Shown here in pieces: positions 1 to 13,577 of a stretch of 64,000 nt of DNA. Each line of letters begins with the position of its first letter. The first letter of the stretch is position 1. A program made the translations under genes and the position numbers. This stretch comes from Eledone cirrhosa (lineage: Eukaryota), in assembly GCA_964016885.1 (NCBI GenBank), contig OZ024743.1, positions 148,986,001 through 149,050,000 of the forward strand, written 5' to 3'. Below the pieces are notes generated by a model that saw only the letters and a list, made by a program, of their open reading frames with translations, made no database searches and had not been told where the DNA came from.

Positions 1-652
1 TGCTTCAGCTTGTACCCATGGGTCTGTATTAAGTGTATACATATATATATGTCCAATTTTCCATGTTGGCATGGGTTGGACAATGTTTTTAGAGACAATA
101 TTTTCCAGCTGGATGCTCTTCTTGATGCCAACCCTTTTTTGTCACCTCTTACAACCTGCAGCGATACAGTGTATCTGTTGTAAAAACTGGGATACAAACG
201 GCATATTTATATACAAAACATGTGTATATTCATGTAAGGATGCAATGAAGTACAAAACCACGCATAATAATAAACACATACAAAAGTGAGTCGGGTACAT
301 GTAAACACAATTGTACACATACATAATAACCAGATGCATACACATATATACAAGCAAAAATACACAAAAAGAAATTACAAATAAACTCTATCTCACACAC
401 AAATGCACCCACAGATGTATTTCTTATCAACTGCACTAACAAATACACCTTTAATATATGTCTGTATATATATATACATGTGTGCATACATACATAAACA
501 CACACACACGAGTATACAAATAACCAGTACCATTGAACAATGGTTGCGTGAAGCATAGTCTATATATATATTTGCTTTATCAATCACAGTTGACTGACCT
601 TCCTCTCTAGAGATCATAGGAAATATGACTATGTTAAGGACTGAGATAAATG

Positions 653-686
<34 letters not shown>

Positions 687-1326
687 TATGCTAGTACAAA
701 TATAAGCGAGATAACTAATGATATACAGCAGCCTGTATATTGATCGAATGAGTTGTTATTTGTGTGGTCATTCAACTTGTTAGAAATAGCAGCTAAATAT
801 CCCATTCAAGCATGTTTGTGGGATTAAGAATTTTATTTGGAAAAAATTGTGCAGGAGCCTGCTATATATGTATGTTTGTGTGTGTATTTCCTGGTGTAAA
901 CTGATGTGTCAAATTGTTTCCATATGTCACATGCTTAACTTATATATTTAACAAATAGAAATCAATAAGCAATAGATTGCATTGATTATTAGGGCTTGAT
1001 ATGATTAGCTAAGCCCTTGACTGCAGTCAAATTACCAAAACCAGCAGAAGAATTTTTTTTAAATATAAGAGAATTGGATAACATGGAGATAGAGACATGG
1101 ATGGACTGGGTGGAACACTTTTGCTGATAAATCTCCTTGATCAGATCTAAACAGGTTCTAAACATCAACAAACTGTTTAACTATTTATTGTTGTCATTTC
1201 TCTTAAACTTCTCACATGCACTTTTCCATGTACACCTATCTTATTAGGACCATTTGTTGTTGTTATTGCTTTCATTTGTATTATCCTTATTCGAGTTTTA
1301 AAATGTTAGTCTTACTGCTTGATAAT

Positions 1327-1512
1327 TGTTTCTACTTTTGGCACAAGGCCAGCAATTATCCCAGTGTATTACTGGTACTTTATTTTATCGATCCCATAAG
1401 GATGAAAGGCAAAGTTAACCTCGGCGGGATTTAACTCAGAATGGCAAGGGGCGTAATTCTATGTGTCAAAGCATGTCGTCCGACCCTTTACCGATACTGC
1501 CAATCCATTGCC
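1327..1512 (-). mobile_element. tRNA-derived SINE, family A, full-length copy
   Basis: Reverse complement matches the copy at 36476-36661 (central GCCTTTCATCCTTAYGGGRTCGATAAAATAAAGTACCAG). Flanked by a 16-bp direct repeat with one mismatch, CTTACTGYTTGATAAT, at 1311-1326 and 1513-1528. An older degenerate copy follows at ~1529-1670. Confidence 0.85.
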
Positions 1513-2026
1513 CTTACTGTTTGATAATGATTTCTAATTTAAACACAAGGCCTGTAATTTGAAGGGAAAGGTAAAGTTGATTATATTAACCACTGTACTT
1601 GACTGGTACTTTATTTTATTGACACCAGATGGATGGAAGACAAAAGTGGCCTCAGCATAATTTGAATGTAAAAGGCCACACATAATCCCCTGTTCTTTTG
1701 TCATTCAATAATGAAAGTATTTAAAAGACAGAAAGGAGTGACAATATATATATGAAACTAAAGCTGACCAGTTGATGTGTTTTTTATTTCTTTACTAGCT
1801 CACTGTTCTTAGTTCACTTCACACTATCATCCCTTTAGCCTTTTGGTCCTTCATAACTCATAAAATATGTACCAGTAATCTACCAGATTTTCAATCAAAT
1901 TATTCTCAATGTATTGAGTAGAAAACATATCAATTTTTATGCATAAAATTATACAGGTATTGTATTTTTTTCTCTAGCACAGCTCTATCTAAATTTAAAT
2001 TTCTAAACTCATGCAGTATTCTAAAG

Positions 2027-2029
<3 letters not shown>

Positions 2030-2086
<57 letters not shown>
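2030..2086. repeat. (GA)n microsatellite
   Basis: Perfect dinucleotide run. Confidence 0.97.
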
Positions 2087-2088
<2 letters not shown>

Positions 2089-2904
2089 GCAAATACTGAT
2101 GATTTAGTAAATAAAAATGAAACCGATTAGTTCAATATTTACCACTAGCTACTAAAATGGATTTTGTGGGTCTAATTTCATACTGACCTAAGATACATAT
2201 GTATATATATGAATACAAGTAAAAGTGTGAACCTTTATAAGGTAGTTCTATCTGCTAGAAATAACAGCTAAAATCCTTGAAACAACAACCTACCCGCATG
2301 AAAAAGGAAGGACACATTTTATAAAAAAAATAGGATAGGTACAGCTATAATGCCTTTGATCATAGGTTTGCTCAAAGAAGCTAACCCAGAGTTAAACAGC
2401 AACATATGGGTATGTCTTTGGCATGATATTGATGTGTAGAAGATGATCATATGTATTAGCAGAAATAGCCCCATGTTTTCTAGTTCTTTAATATGATAGC
2501 TGATCAATTTGTTTTGATTGTTCAATTGATAGTTTTACTCGGGTAATGGTGGATGTAGTGTTAACTCCCAAAATAAAGTGAATTGTATAAATTTAGTGAG
2601 TCTAAACAGTTCTCATAACTAGATTGGCAGGAAGGCAAAATACTGGCAGGAAGGCAAAATACTGGCAGATTCTTCAATAAATATATTGAACAGTCCTGGT
2701 GCATCTATTTTTATACTATATCAGAACTAGTAAATAAACCTTTGACAGTTTTGTCCATGAATGATCCCATTGTTTGATCAATGGAATGGACTACTTACTA
2801 AATTAACATTTAACTTGCATTGTATTCCACAGACACATACACCCATAACATAATTATCAGGGATATTCAGAGGGACATAGTGTGTGAAAAGGCTGGCCCT
2901 TTAA

Positions 2905-3125
2905 CACTTTAGCATTTAAATCAGCTGTATCTGGCCAGAATTTTCTCACCTCTTTCTGTTCAAACCAGCCATAACTGGCCACTCATACCAATGTTAAGGT
3001 ATTTTTCTCAAAATAAATAATATAAAAATCTCATCAATTCAATATTATGTTAGATAACTATGTAAGGTAAAGCCTTTGCCATGAAAATACAATAGTAAAT
3101 ATAGAGTAATGTAAATGCTAAAGGG
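2905..3125. mobile_element. piggyBac-type MITE
   Basis: TTAA|CACTTTAGCATTTA ... TAAATGCTAAAGGG|TTAA: 14-bp TIRs and TTAA target duplication. The interior matches 40899-41094 in reverse orientation. Confidence 0.75.
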
Positions 3126-3239
3126 TTAAATCACAAAAATATAATGAATGATAGCATTAAATACTTTATAATGATTAATCCAAACAATAATTAGATATTT
3201 AAGTATTTCAGTAGCTGATACTAATAGGGACTGCATACT

Positions 3240-3610
3240 CTGTCTTCAGATTGCAGTTTTACATTAAATGAGATGAGTTCCTCATCAATTTGTCATGTTT
3301 ACAGTTGGCAAAACAGAAAATAACAGTCTTTCAAAGCTGTGAAATCTTTCATGCATTAATTTCAACTCATCTTATTAATAACTGCATTGTTTCTTTCCAG
3401 GTAAACTGACATCTGACAGTTCAAAGAAGACTTCAAATGTAACTAGTAGCCACTTCTCTTGAAAATGGATAAAATGTGACATCATAGTGTTATCAAGTAC
3501 CTGCAGAAAAAGGGTTTAGCTCCCAAGAACATTCATGTTGACAATGTTGCTACATTATGGGATCACGCTCCAGCTTTATAGACAGTGCAACTGTGGGCAG
3601 CTGAATTGGA
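3240..3610 (+). pseudogene. mariner transposase N-terminal fragment with upstream subterminal region (fossil)
   Basis: From ATG 3465: MDKM*HHSVIKYLQKKGLAPKNIHVDNVATLWDHAPAL*TVQLWAAE, resembling the first HTH of mariner transposases, with two in-frame stops. The left boundary is approximate. Confidence 0.7.
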
Positions 3611-3981
3611 TGGGACTTTTTGAGGCAATAGTTTACAGTCAATTGCCCTTCCTTACACTAACACGTTTAGTCACTTTCTATGATATGCAGGGTTAAGATA
3701 TACCTATTGTAAACTGAATACACATGATGATGATAGAATATACATGTATGTACTGAGTGTGTGTGTGTGCTTATATCAATGTGAACCTCTAAGAGATCCT
3801 ATCTTGTATGCAGACGTTTGTATACAGCTGGTATGGATTGTGTCGTGTAGAGTGGGATATACAGCTGTTATATTCTACACTGTTCTCTGAAGCAGTCAGT
3901 GTACATATTGCAGATGGTAACATAGTTGACAGCATTTATTTAATTATTTGTTTGAATTCTTTCCTACATATAAATTTTTCA

Positions 3982-4067
3982 TTCTTCTTCTTCTTCTTCT
4001 TCTTCTTCTTCTTCTTCTTCTTCTTCTTCTTCTTCTTCATGTCGGCCCTTGTGGCTAATAAATGAAA

Positions 4068-4105
<38 letters not shown>
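3982..4105 (+). repeat. (TTC)n and (ATT)n microsatellites around a short LINE-like 3' end
   Basis: Perfect runs. The spacer GCCCTTGTGGCTAATAAA recurs at ~5033-5050 and resembles the Tx1-like 3' end at ~18890-18915. Confidence 0.8.
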
Positions 4106-5288
4106 GCTTTTACTGTTTTTTTGTTGTTGTTATTGTTTGTATAATTTAAAAACGATTTTATGGAAAGCCCCCTTCTCTCCTCCACCATTACACCACACAC
4201 AAAAAGTAATAATATAAGAAGAAAAATATAGAAAAATAAGAAAGATGGTAATTTTAGTGTAAAAAATTATGATAATTGTGACAAAAAGCACCATAGGGCA
4301 AGGAATAAGGTCGGTAGAGAGTTTGGATTCAATTTTCTCTTGAGTATCAATAGCACAAACATTTAATTCTTTTAGATTTTAGATTCTCCTCTAAACTGAC
4401 ATTGAGAAAGGTTTTCAGACACAGACATATATATATATATATATATACACATACATTCACACAAACCAAACATGCATATATACGCACATGCTTTTCACAC
4501 AAACACACATAGACAGCTCCAAAATGGTAACCTGAAAGAAAGAATTTAATTATGAAATTTATTTTTCTATTCACTCTCTAGATCCTCATGGGAATCCAAT
4601 TCTGTGATATTGCTATATCGTTATATCATCCAGGATATTTTATTTGTTGTTGCTGTTGTTGTTATTTTTATTATTATCATTATTATTAGTAACAGTTGTT
4701 TTATTGTTTGTTATATTTATTTTTCTGTCATTTTCACACACATACACTCTCATACACAAAAAGTCAGATTGACACATATGCACATAGATACACACTATAC
4801 CCCCAGACATATGTGTATCTGTGTATATATATATATATATGTGTGTCTGCGTGTGTATGTGTGTGTATGTATGTATATATGTGTATATATATGCAATATT
4901 CATATATAAATATATATACTTACACACATATACATTATTTCATTAGTTATATTTATTCACCACACCACTTCCTTAGTTTATATTGTTTGTTAAACTATTT
5001 GTTTGTAAAGCTCCCCTTTCAGTAATTGTTTTGCCCTTGTGGCTAATACACAAACAAATATCTCATCTTAACCATTCCCCCCCCCCCCCATCATCATCAA
5101 CATCATCTTGTTTTTGTTGTTGTTGTTGTTGTTGTCATTATTTCTGTATCATAGATAGATAACATTGTTGCTAAAATTGTATTAATGAGTTGTTAGATTT
5201 GATATTTTGTACTACCCAAAGATAACATCTTTTACAATTTAATGTCACTTACAGACAAATAAAACATGGCCTTGAAACTCTCTATATT

Positions 5289-5428
<140 letters not shown>

Positions 5429-6068
5429 TCCTTAGGCTTGAACTACAGTTTCACTTAGATTTTAAAATCTCTCTCTCTCACTCACTTCTTTTTCCTCCTT
5501 CTGCTAAATCTACCTATCTATCTATCTATCTATCTACCTATTTACACACTTTGAAGAAACAAACACAAAACACATCCATGTATATATTTCTTGCTGTTCA
5601 ATTTTTATGCAAAGCACACTTATCCACAGAAAACAAGATTGAAAAATGAATATTGATTCCACTTGTAAGTGCATTATATCGTAGTCACAATGCACTGAGT
5701 TCCTGAAAGCGTATATTAAGTTGTCTTCGTCTGTTCCACACAAAGTAAATAACTATATTCTCATGACCCTTCTACAGTAAATGAGAGAGAAGAATATGTG
5801 TATATATCAAGGAGTTTGAGTTTCAGTGCATACTTGGACTATGCAAACAGAAATTATGCTTGGCTCAGTGATATACTACACCGCAGGGGAAAAAAGACAA
5901 GCTTAGCACTTAAAATGTCAAATGAGGTGACTCTGAAATAACTAGTACTTGCTGGTCAAAATAAATTGCAAACCATATTGTGCAATAGTAGTACCCACTG
6001 TATTATATGGATAATAAACTTGGGTTATATGCTGCAATCAGGTAAAAGAAACTGCATGCATTAATAAT

Positions 6069-6149
6069 TGTTTCTACTTTTGGCACAAGGCCAGCAATTA
6101 CCCAGTGCATTACTGGTACTTTATTTTATCGACCCCATAAGGATGAAAG
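6069..6149 (-). mobile_element. SINE family A, 5'-truncated
   Basis: 3' half of family A flanked by the direct repeat GCATTAATAAT (6058 and 6150). Confidence 0.8.
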
Positions 6150-7440
6150 GCATTAATAATGAAACACTTAAAACATCATTAGCACCACATTTGAAGTTAA
6201 GATCAGTAAAAACCAACATTTTAGATCAACAATTAACTCAAGTATTTTTTTATTTTTTTATTTCAGATTCTAGACATGAGACACTGATGTGGTATTCATC
6301 TTTTCTGAATGTTTAAAAAAAAAAAAATGTGTATATTGGCATTTAAAGATGTTAACTGTGAAAACAATATAGCATCTGTCTATATAATCAGATAAAGATA
6401 TTTCCTACCAATACTTTGTCCATACACTTTTCACTGAGGGGACACACAGAAATGAAGGGACAAACCTGTTTTTATTTATCCTTGTATAATTTCTATTAAT
6501 ATTTATTATTGAAGTAGCAAAAAATTTAATGTAACTATCTATTACTTTTAGTTTAAGAGTTTATGGTATCAATGTGGATTAGGAAAGTACTTGTATATTA
6601 TAAATTTAGGAATTCTTTTTCATTTTGTATATTACAAACTGATGACTGCAAATTGGCAGCAATTAGAGTGTTGGAATAAATGCTTTGATGTTTTTCAATA
6701 TATATGTCTCACTCCCTCTCTATTCCTCTTACTATTTCTCTTCCTGGAAGAATTTGGCTATGGTCAGACCTGCAGAGGGATAGGCATCATCATGCTTAAA
6801 AGGCTCTACAACTCTACCAGAAATTAAAGGGCCCTTTTTTTTCTCTTCAATATTAGAAACCACTTTCAAATTAAAAGGTGGTTTAAACCAACTAATTTTC
6901 CTTCCAGTTTTTGCTGTATGCATGTGTTGTATCTAGTCTCTAAAACCACTCTTTCCTAAATCCTTTTAATAAGAAGAGGTACATTTCAAACTCTTTATGA
7001 GCAAAAATATAAGAATTAAATCTGCTTATGTTGAATAAGTATTTTTCTAAGACTGTGGTGCCGCGATTAGATATTTTATTCAAATAGAGTAGATTTGTTT
7101 CACTAGATGTTTCAAAGGAAATGTGTTTGCTAGAATTTAGATCAAGAGTGATAACTAAGAAATTATATCTGAGATTAATAAAACTAATCTAAAAGTATGT
7201 ATCATATCCCTCCTGGAATTATTTAGGGTTGGGGTATTAGAGAGTCATAATATGATCAAACCATCATCTCTGTAAATGCATATTTCGAAATTGATAAACA
7301 TTTTAAAGCAAGTTTAATATATACGTCAATCACACCCCTCTGCTCCTTCATAACTACTTATAGCTACTTAAAAATCACATGATCATTGCACTCAACAAAA
7401 AAATCATTGTCATCTAAAAGCAGTGATTTTCAAACATCCC

Positions 7441-7680
7441 TTCATCATCACCATCACCGTTTAACGTCCATTTTCCATGCTAGCATGGGTAAGACAGGTT
7501 GACTCTTAGGGAAAGACTCAGGTCAGAGAACTGTGTTTTGCTCACCCAGGGCTGATTTTGGCTTGGTTTCTATAGCTAGTTGGATGCCCTTCCTCATGCC
7601 AACCACATTTACAGTGTATACTGGGAGCTTTTGTCATGTCACTTACACGACCACATTACAGTGTAAACTGAGCATTTTGA
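7441..7680 (-). mobile_element. SINE family B (RTE-like 3' end)
   Basis: Minus strand reads GGTTGGCATGAGGAAGGGCATCCA ... ACCCATGCTAGCATGGAAAATGGACGTTAAACG then a (TGA)n-like tail. Other copies at ~50-140, 22880-23180, 25045-25337, 26360-26620, 28058-28300, 31920-32070, 32985-33148, 34078-34240, 37760-37860 and 40085-40265. Confidence 0.75.
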
Positions 7681-8029
7681 CTAGACACATGGGGGGCACT
7701 ACATGGTGTGGGATGGGAACTAGGGAGGGTGGGGGGATGCTTGGGGAAATTGAGAGTGTAGGTAATAGGGGAAGGATGGTTACAGCAAAGGGAGGTATAT
7801 GGGAGGGAAGATGGTAGAAGGGAGGTGTTGCCTATTAGATATATGCCTCAGCTCAAGCCTATGGGAGGGTGGGTCTTCTGTAGTATTATATAGTGCCAGA
7901 GGTCGCAGTCTTTGGAGGTGTAATTGTACAAGGTCAGCTTTTATTACCACATCCTAAGTCCTCCTAGGCCTGACCACTCCATGGCCATCAACTTTGAGTG
8001 TTCTGTACCTTTTTATACAGCTGTCATCC

Positions 8030-8770
8030 TTTATACGCACCTGGAAGCCTGGCCTAGAATCTAAGGGTCTCCAAGTCAATTTGGCAAATACTAAAGTCCT
8101 AGTAAGTAGAAGGGAAAACGGGGCCCAGATCTCCTCTGGGAAATGGCCCTGCTTGATGTACAGTAAAAGAGTAGGTAGAAATTCCATTTTATGTCCCAAA
8201 TACAAGCAATGGGTACACAATGTACACAATATACACAATGAGATGTAGTGGCATTTCAGGCAGGCTAACAAAGAATGTAGGTTTTACTTGTGGCTGGTGC
8301 ACAGGAGCAGTAAGTAGCAAGAACCCTCAGGATATAACCACCTTCAAATGCCCAGAGGACTCAGTAAAAGTGGTAAATAGTTTCTGTTACCTGGATGGCC
8401 AAATCAGTAGTGGGGAAGGGTGTTCTGAAAGCACAGTAACCAGAGTGGGATCAGGTTGGAGAAAGTTCAGGGAGCTACTGCTGTTTCTAACTACAAAAGG
8501 TTTTTCCCACAAAATGAAAAGCAGACTGTATGATGCATGTATACAAATGGCAATATTGCATAGCTGTGAGACTGGGGCACTACAAAGATTGGAAAGAAAT
8601 GAAGCCTCCTTGAAGCTTCCAGGAAGCCTCCATGAAGCCTCCGTGCTTCAATGGATGTGCAATAGCAATATATGTGAACAGCAAAGTATAAAAGTACTGC
8701 GTAAGAAATTAGGCATAAGAGGGATCAGTTGTTGCATGCAGAAGAGGAGATTGCATTTGTATGGACATTT
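8030..8770 (+). pseudogene. RTE-clade LINE fragment (end of RT, Cys-rich finger, C-terminal region)
   Basis: ORFs 7994-8248 and 8220-8792 align with the 11550-13586 element (WKPGLESKGLQVNLANTKVL, GKWPC, VVNSFCYL, GWRKFRELL, RRLHLYGH); frameshifted and decayed. Confidence 0.9.
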
Positions 8771-9287
8771 TAATATTAATATCAGTGAATGAACTACTAA
8801 ACACTAAAATTCTTTTTAGTTTTATAATTCAGAGATAAAAGTTGACTATAACAAATTAAGAGAATTTAAAATTATATTTATCGTTTATGTTATGAAACAG
8901 CTTGATCACCAAAATGCTGTTATTCCATAAAGTTAAATCAATTGATTTTTTTTATATTTAAATTGATTAAAATTTGATAAATAAATTTACCAAAGTTTAC
9001 TGAATTCATTCTTTGCAGACTTAATAAGATTACAGATGGGATTACTTAAAAAGTTATACGTGTGGTCTTTCAAGGTTACATAGGATTGATGTTTAGCTAG
9101 ACATTCAACTCTATCATCTATTTTAAGTTGGGCTGCTAGTGTATAGACCTCTTTATTGATATAATTATTGTGTGTCTAAGCGTTTGTATTTTGTATATTT
9201 TGTTAAACTATTTTTAAAAAGTAAAGAATAAGTATGAATGCTGAAGAGGGTGCTCTCATTTTCTCTCTGTATATTTATGTGTTTGCA

Positions 9288-9400
<113 letters not shown>

Positions 9401-9621
9401 GTGTTTGTATATGTATGATGATGATGTATGTATATATATATATATATACATGCATGTATGTGTATTTGTTAGTATCTGTGTATCTAATTATCTATTCACC
9501 TATGGGACCTTTTCTATATCTATTCCCTCCACCTCCTGTCTGTTTCATCTCAATACCTTTTCCCCTCTTTCTGCTTCTGTGCCTGTCTCTGTTTCCATTC
9601 ATCTGCCTGACTGATTGACTT

Positions 9622-9668
<47 letters not shown>

Positions 9669-10829
9669 TATACACATACACATGTACTCCCACACAACAT
9701 GGAACACTGTTGAAACTATTTATATCATCTCTTATGTGCCCATTCTCTGCCTTTACACATATTTCATAAGAGCAGTTTCCAGCAACATTGAGATGTTAAA
9801 CCTACCAAGATATTTAACAACTAAATAATTTTGTTGGAGGTAAAAGAATGATGATGATGTTGTTGAGCCCTAGGTCATTCTTGATCCAGCAGACCTATGA
9901 TCATAGACACTCTAGGCCTGACTTTCCAAGGCATAGTATATCTCAGACTACATTATTTAATGTGTTACTTTTTTTAAAAAATGGTAATGTATTATTTTAG
10001 GGATATTTGGATGCTATTTTTAGCAGTGATCAACTGCATATAGGCTTTCCTGCTGGTTCAGTCTTCCTTATTATCTTGCTTCCTCATGTGATTTTTATTG
10101 TTGTTGCTGTTTAGTCACAACTCAGCATTCAAGCAGATCTATTATTATATATCATTCCAGCCTTGATCATCTGGTCTATATTTTACTGTGTCAGGCGTAT
10201 AGTGTATGACAGACTACATTATCTAATGTCTACTTGATATATTTAACACAATATGGTTTGAATTGTGGGTGATTTGGCTGTTATTTATTTTTAGCAGATC
10301 CAACATCCAAATATTGTTGTCTCCTAGTAGTCTGTGTTCTGCTGATATCAAATAAGTAAACAGATAATGTTATTTATAATCTACTCCAATTGGTTGAAAA
10401 CTTACAAAGATATGTTTTACAAATAGTTACATTATACTACTAAAAGAAGTGTAACCCAAGCATAATTCTTTGCAGACATTGATTGTTTGCCTCATTGCTT
10501 TCAGATTTGTCTTCAAAGCTTCCTTAAACTAGTTTCCAGAAGGAGAATAGCATTATATTTCTGAGAAAGGGAGCTCCATTACATTTCAGAGAAAGAAACT
10601 CATCTGTAGTAATGGTTTGTGTAGTTTCTTGTTGCTGGATACCATTTTCTACATTCGTTTTTTTAAACTGTTTATGTAGTTCATTCTATTTTTTATCTTT
10701 AAGTCCTGAAAGATTTTGAGTTGTGTATGAATCTATATATGCTTGTATGTATGTGCGTGCATGTTTGTATGTATGCATGCATGTATGTATGTCTGTATGT
10801 AAGTGTGTGTGTATGTGTGTGTGTGTGTA

Positions 10830-11290
10830 TATGGTCTTCTGGTTTTATTATCTTTTAATTTTCACCAGTAGAGAAAAAGACTGTTTTTAACATGTTCACA
10901 AAACTCTTTCTATAGAAGTAAGTCTACATCAGCTAGAAAAATATGTGTGTGCAGGTATAGAGGTCATTGCATGTGTGGTTCAATCGATATGCTTTGAGTT
11001 ATATGTGCACATATATATGTCTCTATATCTATGTGTGTGTATATGCAGTTATTACATGCAACATTTCTGAAATGTTTTCTGCATTTTTACAGTTTCATTA
11101 ATGGACTGTAGTTGCAACTTTCTAATTAGCTGTTCTCTTTCTGGTTCAGTGAAGCTCAGCTTCTGTAGATATGTGCTGAGGTTGTTAGTAATGTATCCAA
11201 GAGCGCCAATGGATGCAGATACATTTCTATAGGTATAGTCAGGGATGAGTATCTGAATATTCCTCATTAGATCAGTATAAATATTCTCCT
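10830..11290 (-). mobile_element. R4/Dong-clade non-LTR retrotransposon 3' fragment (C-terminus of the restriction-like endonuclease region plus putative 3' UTR)
   Basis: ENIYTDLMRNIQILIPDY...IGALGYITNNLSTYLQKLSF...LIRKLQLQSINETVKMQKTF fits the R4/Dong C-terminal pattern (Y-x-D/E-L ... IGALG ... LQ ... TVK). It lies between (ATGT)n-rich tracts. The extent of the UTR is inferred. Confidence 0.65.
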
Positions 11291-11549
11291 ATGTATGTAT
11301 GTATGTATGTATGTATGTATGTATGTATGTATGTATGTATGTATGTATGCAAGGCCTTTCTCCACTTAAAAAAATCTTCAAAGCACAGGCATTGCTTGTT
11401 CAGGATATGTTACTGGTTTGTGTGGCTGGCCGTAGCCTAAAAGTGCACCATTTTCTAATCGGACAAGTTTGCAGCCATCATGTATGTATGTATGTATGCA
11501 TGCATGTATGAATGTATGTATATATGTATGTGCATTTGTGTATATATAT

Positions 11550-13577
11550 ATCATCATCATCATCATCATCATTTTATGTCCACTTTTCCTGCTTGCAAGG
11601 GTGGGACAGGTCTTATTCAGCACAGCATCTCTCCACTCGTCACGGTCCCTCGTCATCTCCACCGTGAGCTTCAATGATCTGAGGTCTGTTCTCACCACCT
11701 CCGCCCATGTTTTTCGTGGTCTACCTCTACCACGTCTTCCTTCAACTGGCATTTCCTGGCACTTCTTCACCCATCGGTCATCCTCCATGCGCATCACATG
11801 TCCATACCACCTCAGTCTCCTCTCCCGTACACTACATTCTATACTTCTCAGATACAGTTTCTCTCTCAACACATTCACACAGGGTCGTTCACACACATTT
11901 ACACTGCACATCCAACGGAGCATGCTTGCCTCATTTCTCTCCAGCAGTCGCATATCCTCTGCAGTTGCTGCCCATGTCTCACTACCATGCAGCATCGTGC
12001 TCCACACACAGGCATCATACAACCGGCCTTTTGTACGCAGGGAGAAACACTTCCTCGTCAGCAGAAGAAGCAGCTCCCTAAACTTCTTCCAACCCATCCT
12101 TATTCTAGATACTATGGCCTCGGAACACACTCCTCCCATGTTAATCTGATCTCCTAGGTACCAGAAGCTATCCACCACTTCTATAGCGCCCTCCTACATT
12201 TGAAAAATGTGTCTATCAATGCAACTTCTACTGTCTAATTTCCCTGTACATCTACTGCATACATATTTCTCCCTACCTGTTAGTTTGCCTGCTATCCCGC
12301 TACATCTCTTGTGTACCCAGGATCTGCATTGTGTGCATTTTATAGAATTTATGCCAGTTCCTTTTCTGCATATCGAACAAAGCCATTTCCCTGACGGAAT
12401 CAGGGTTTTGTCCTCTTTTCTACTCATCAACACTTTTGTCTTAGCTAGGTTCACTCTCAGTCCTCTTGCTTCCAACTGCTGTTTCCATAGCCAGAATTTA
12501 TTCTCTAGCTCCTCTACTGATTCTGCTATAAGAACTAGATCGTCAGCATAGAGAAGTTCCCATGGACAGCCAGTCTTAAATTCCTCTGTTATGGCTTGGA
12601 GGACTATAATGAACAAGAGCGGGCTGAGGACCGAACCCTCATGTACTCCTACTTGTATCTGGAATTCCTCACTAAACTCCATTCCTACCCTGACTTTACT
12701 GAGAGTACCTCTGTACAAAGTTTGCACTGTCCTCACGAGCCATTCCTCAACACCTAGCTTCCTTAGGGACCACCAGATGACAGATCGGGGTACCCTATCA
12801 AAGGCCTTCTCTAGGTCAACAAAGGCTAAGTATAGTGGCTTATTCTTCTCTAAGAACCTCTCTTGCAATTGTCTCACCAAGAAGAGGGCATCTGTTGTAC
12901 TCTTCCCAGGCACAAAACCAAACTGCATCTCATCTAGTTTGACCCTTTCTCTAATTAGTTGTGCTAATATCCTTTCTGCCACTTTCATAACCTGATCTAT
13001 CAGTTTTATACCCCTATAATTGCTACTCTCCAGAGCATCCTCTTTACCTTTGTAGCAATTTATGAGAATACTGCTGCACCAGTCTTTGGGTATGACATAT
13101 ATAGCCTGATTGATGATGTGTGCAACCAGTTTAGTGCCTACGTCCCCTGATGCCTTCAGCATCTCAGCAACTATTCCTGATGGTCCGGCAGCCTTACCAT
13201 TTTTCATTTCCCTAATCGCCTCTTGGACCCTATATTCGTCAATCTCAATAGCTGGTCCCTCTGTCGGATCTACCAAGGGTAATTTCTCTCTCTCCCATTT
13301 GTTCTCCACATTCATCAGTCTCTCATAATGACATTTCCAGGCCTCCTTTTTCTGATCATTCGTGACACTAAGTACACCGGCATCATCCCGGGCACATTTA
13401 TCTCCAACAACATCCTGATTTGCATTGTCACACTGCCTTGTAATGTGGAACACCGCACGCCTCTGATTTTCCCGTCGCAGAACATTGGCAAACCTCCTAC
13501 TCTCTGCCTCCCTGCGTGCTAAGTACACCTGATGTCTAGCTTCTCTCTTAGTGGCTGTATATTCTTCCCTACTCCCA

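Noticed and set aside
2091-2140. Hammerhead-like CTGATGA...GAAAC after the (GA)n run
   Set aside because: Stem II is A/T-only and weak, and stem I does not register with a valid cleavage triplet
2625-2668. 19-bp tandem duplication GGCAGGAAGGCAAAATACT
   Set aside because: Simple slippage duplication with no further structure
10505-10620. Possible exon after TTGCTTTCAG
   Set aside because: Stops in all three frames within 60 nt and no convincing donor site
11469-13522. Plus-strand ORFs overlapping the RTE element
   Set aside because: Antisense shadows of the RT reading frame
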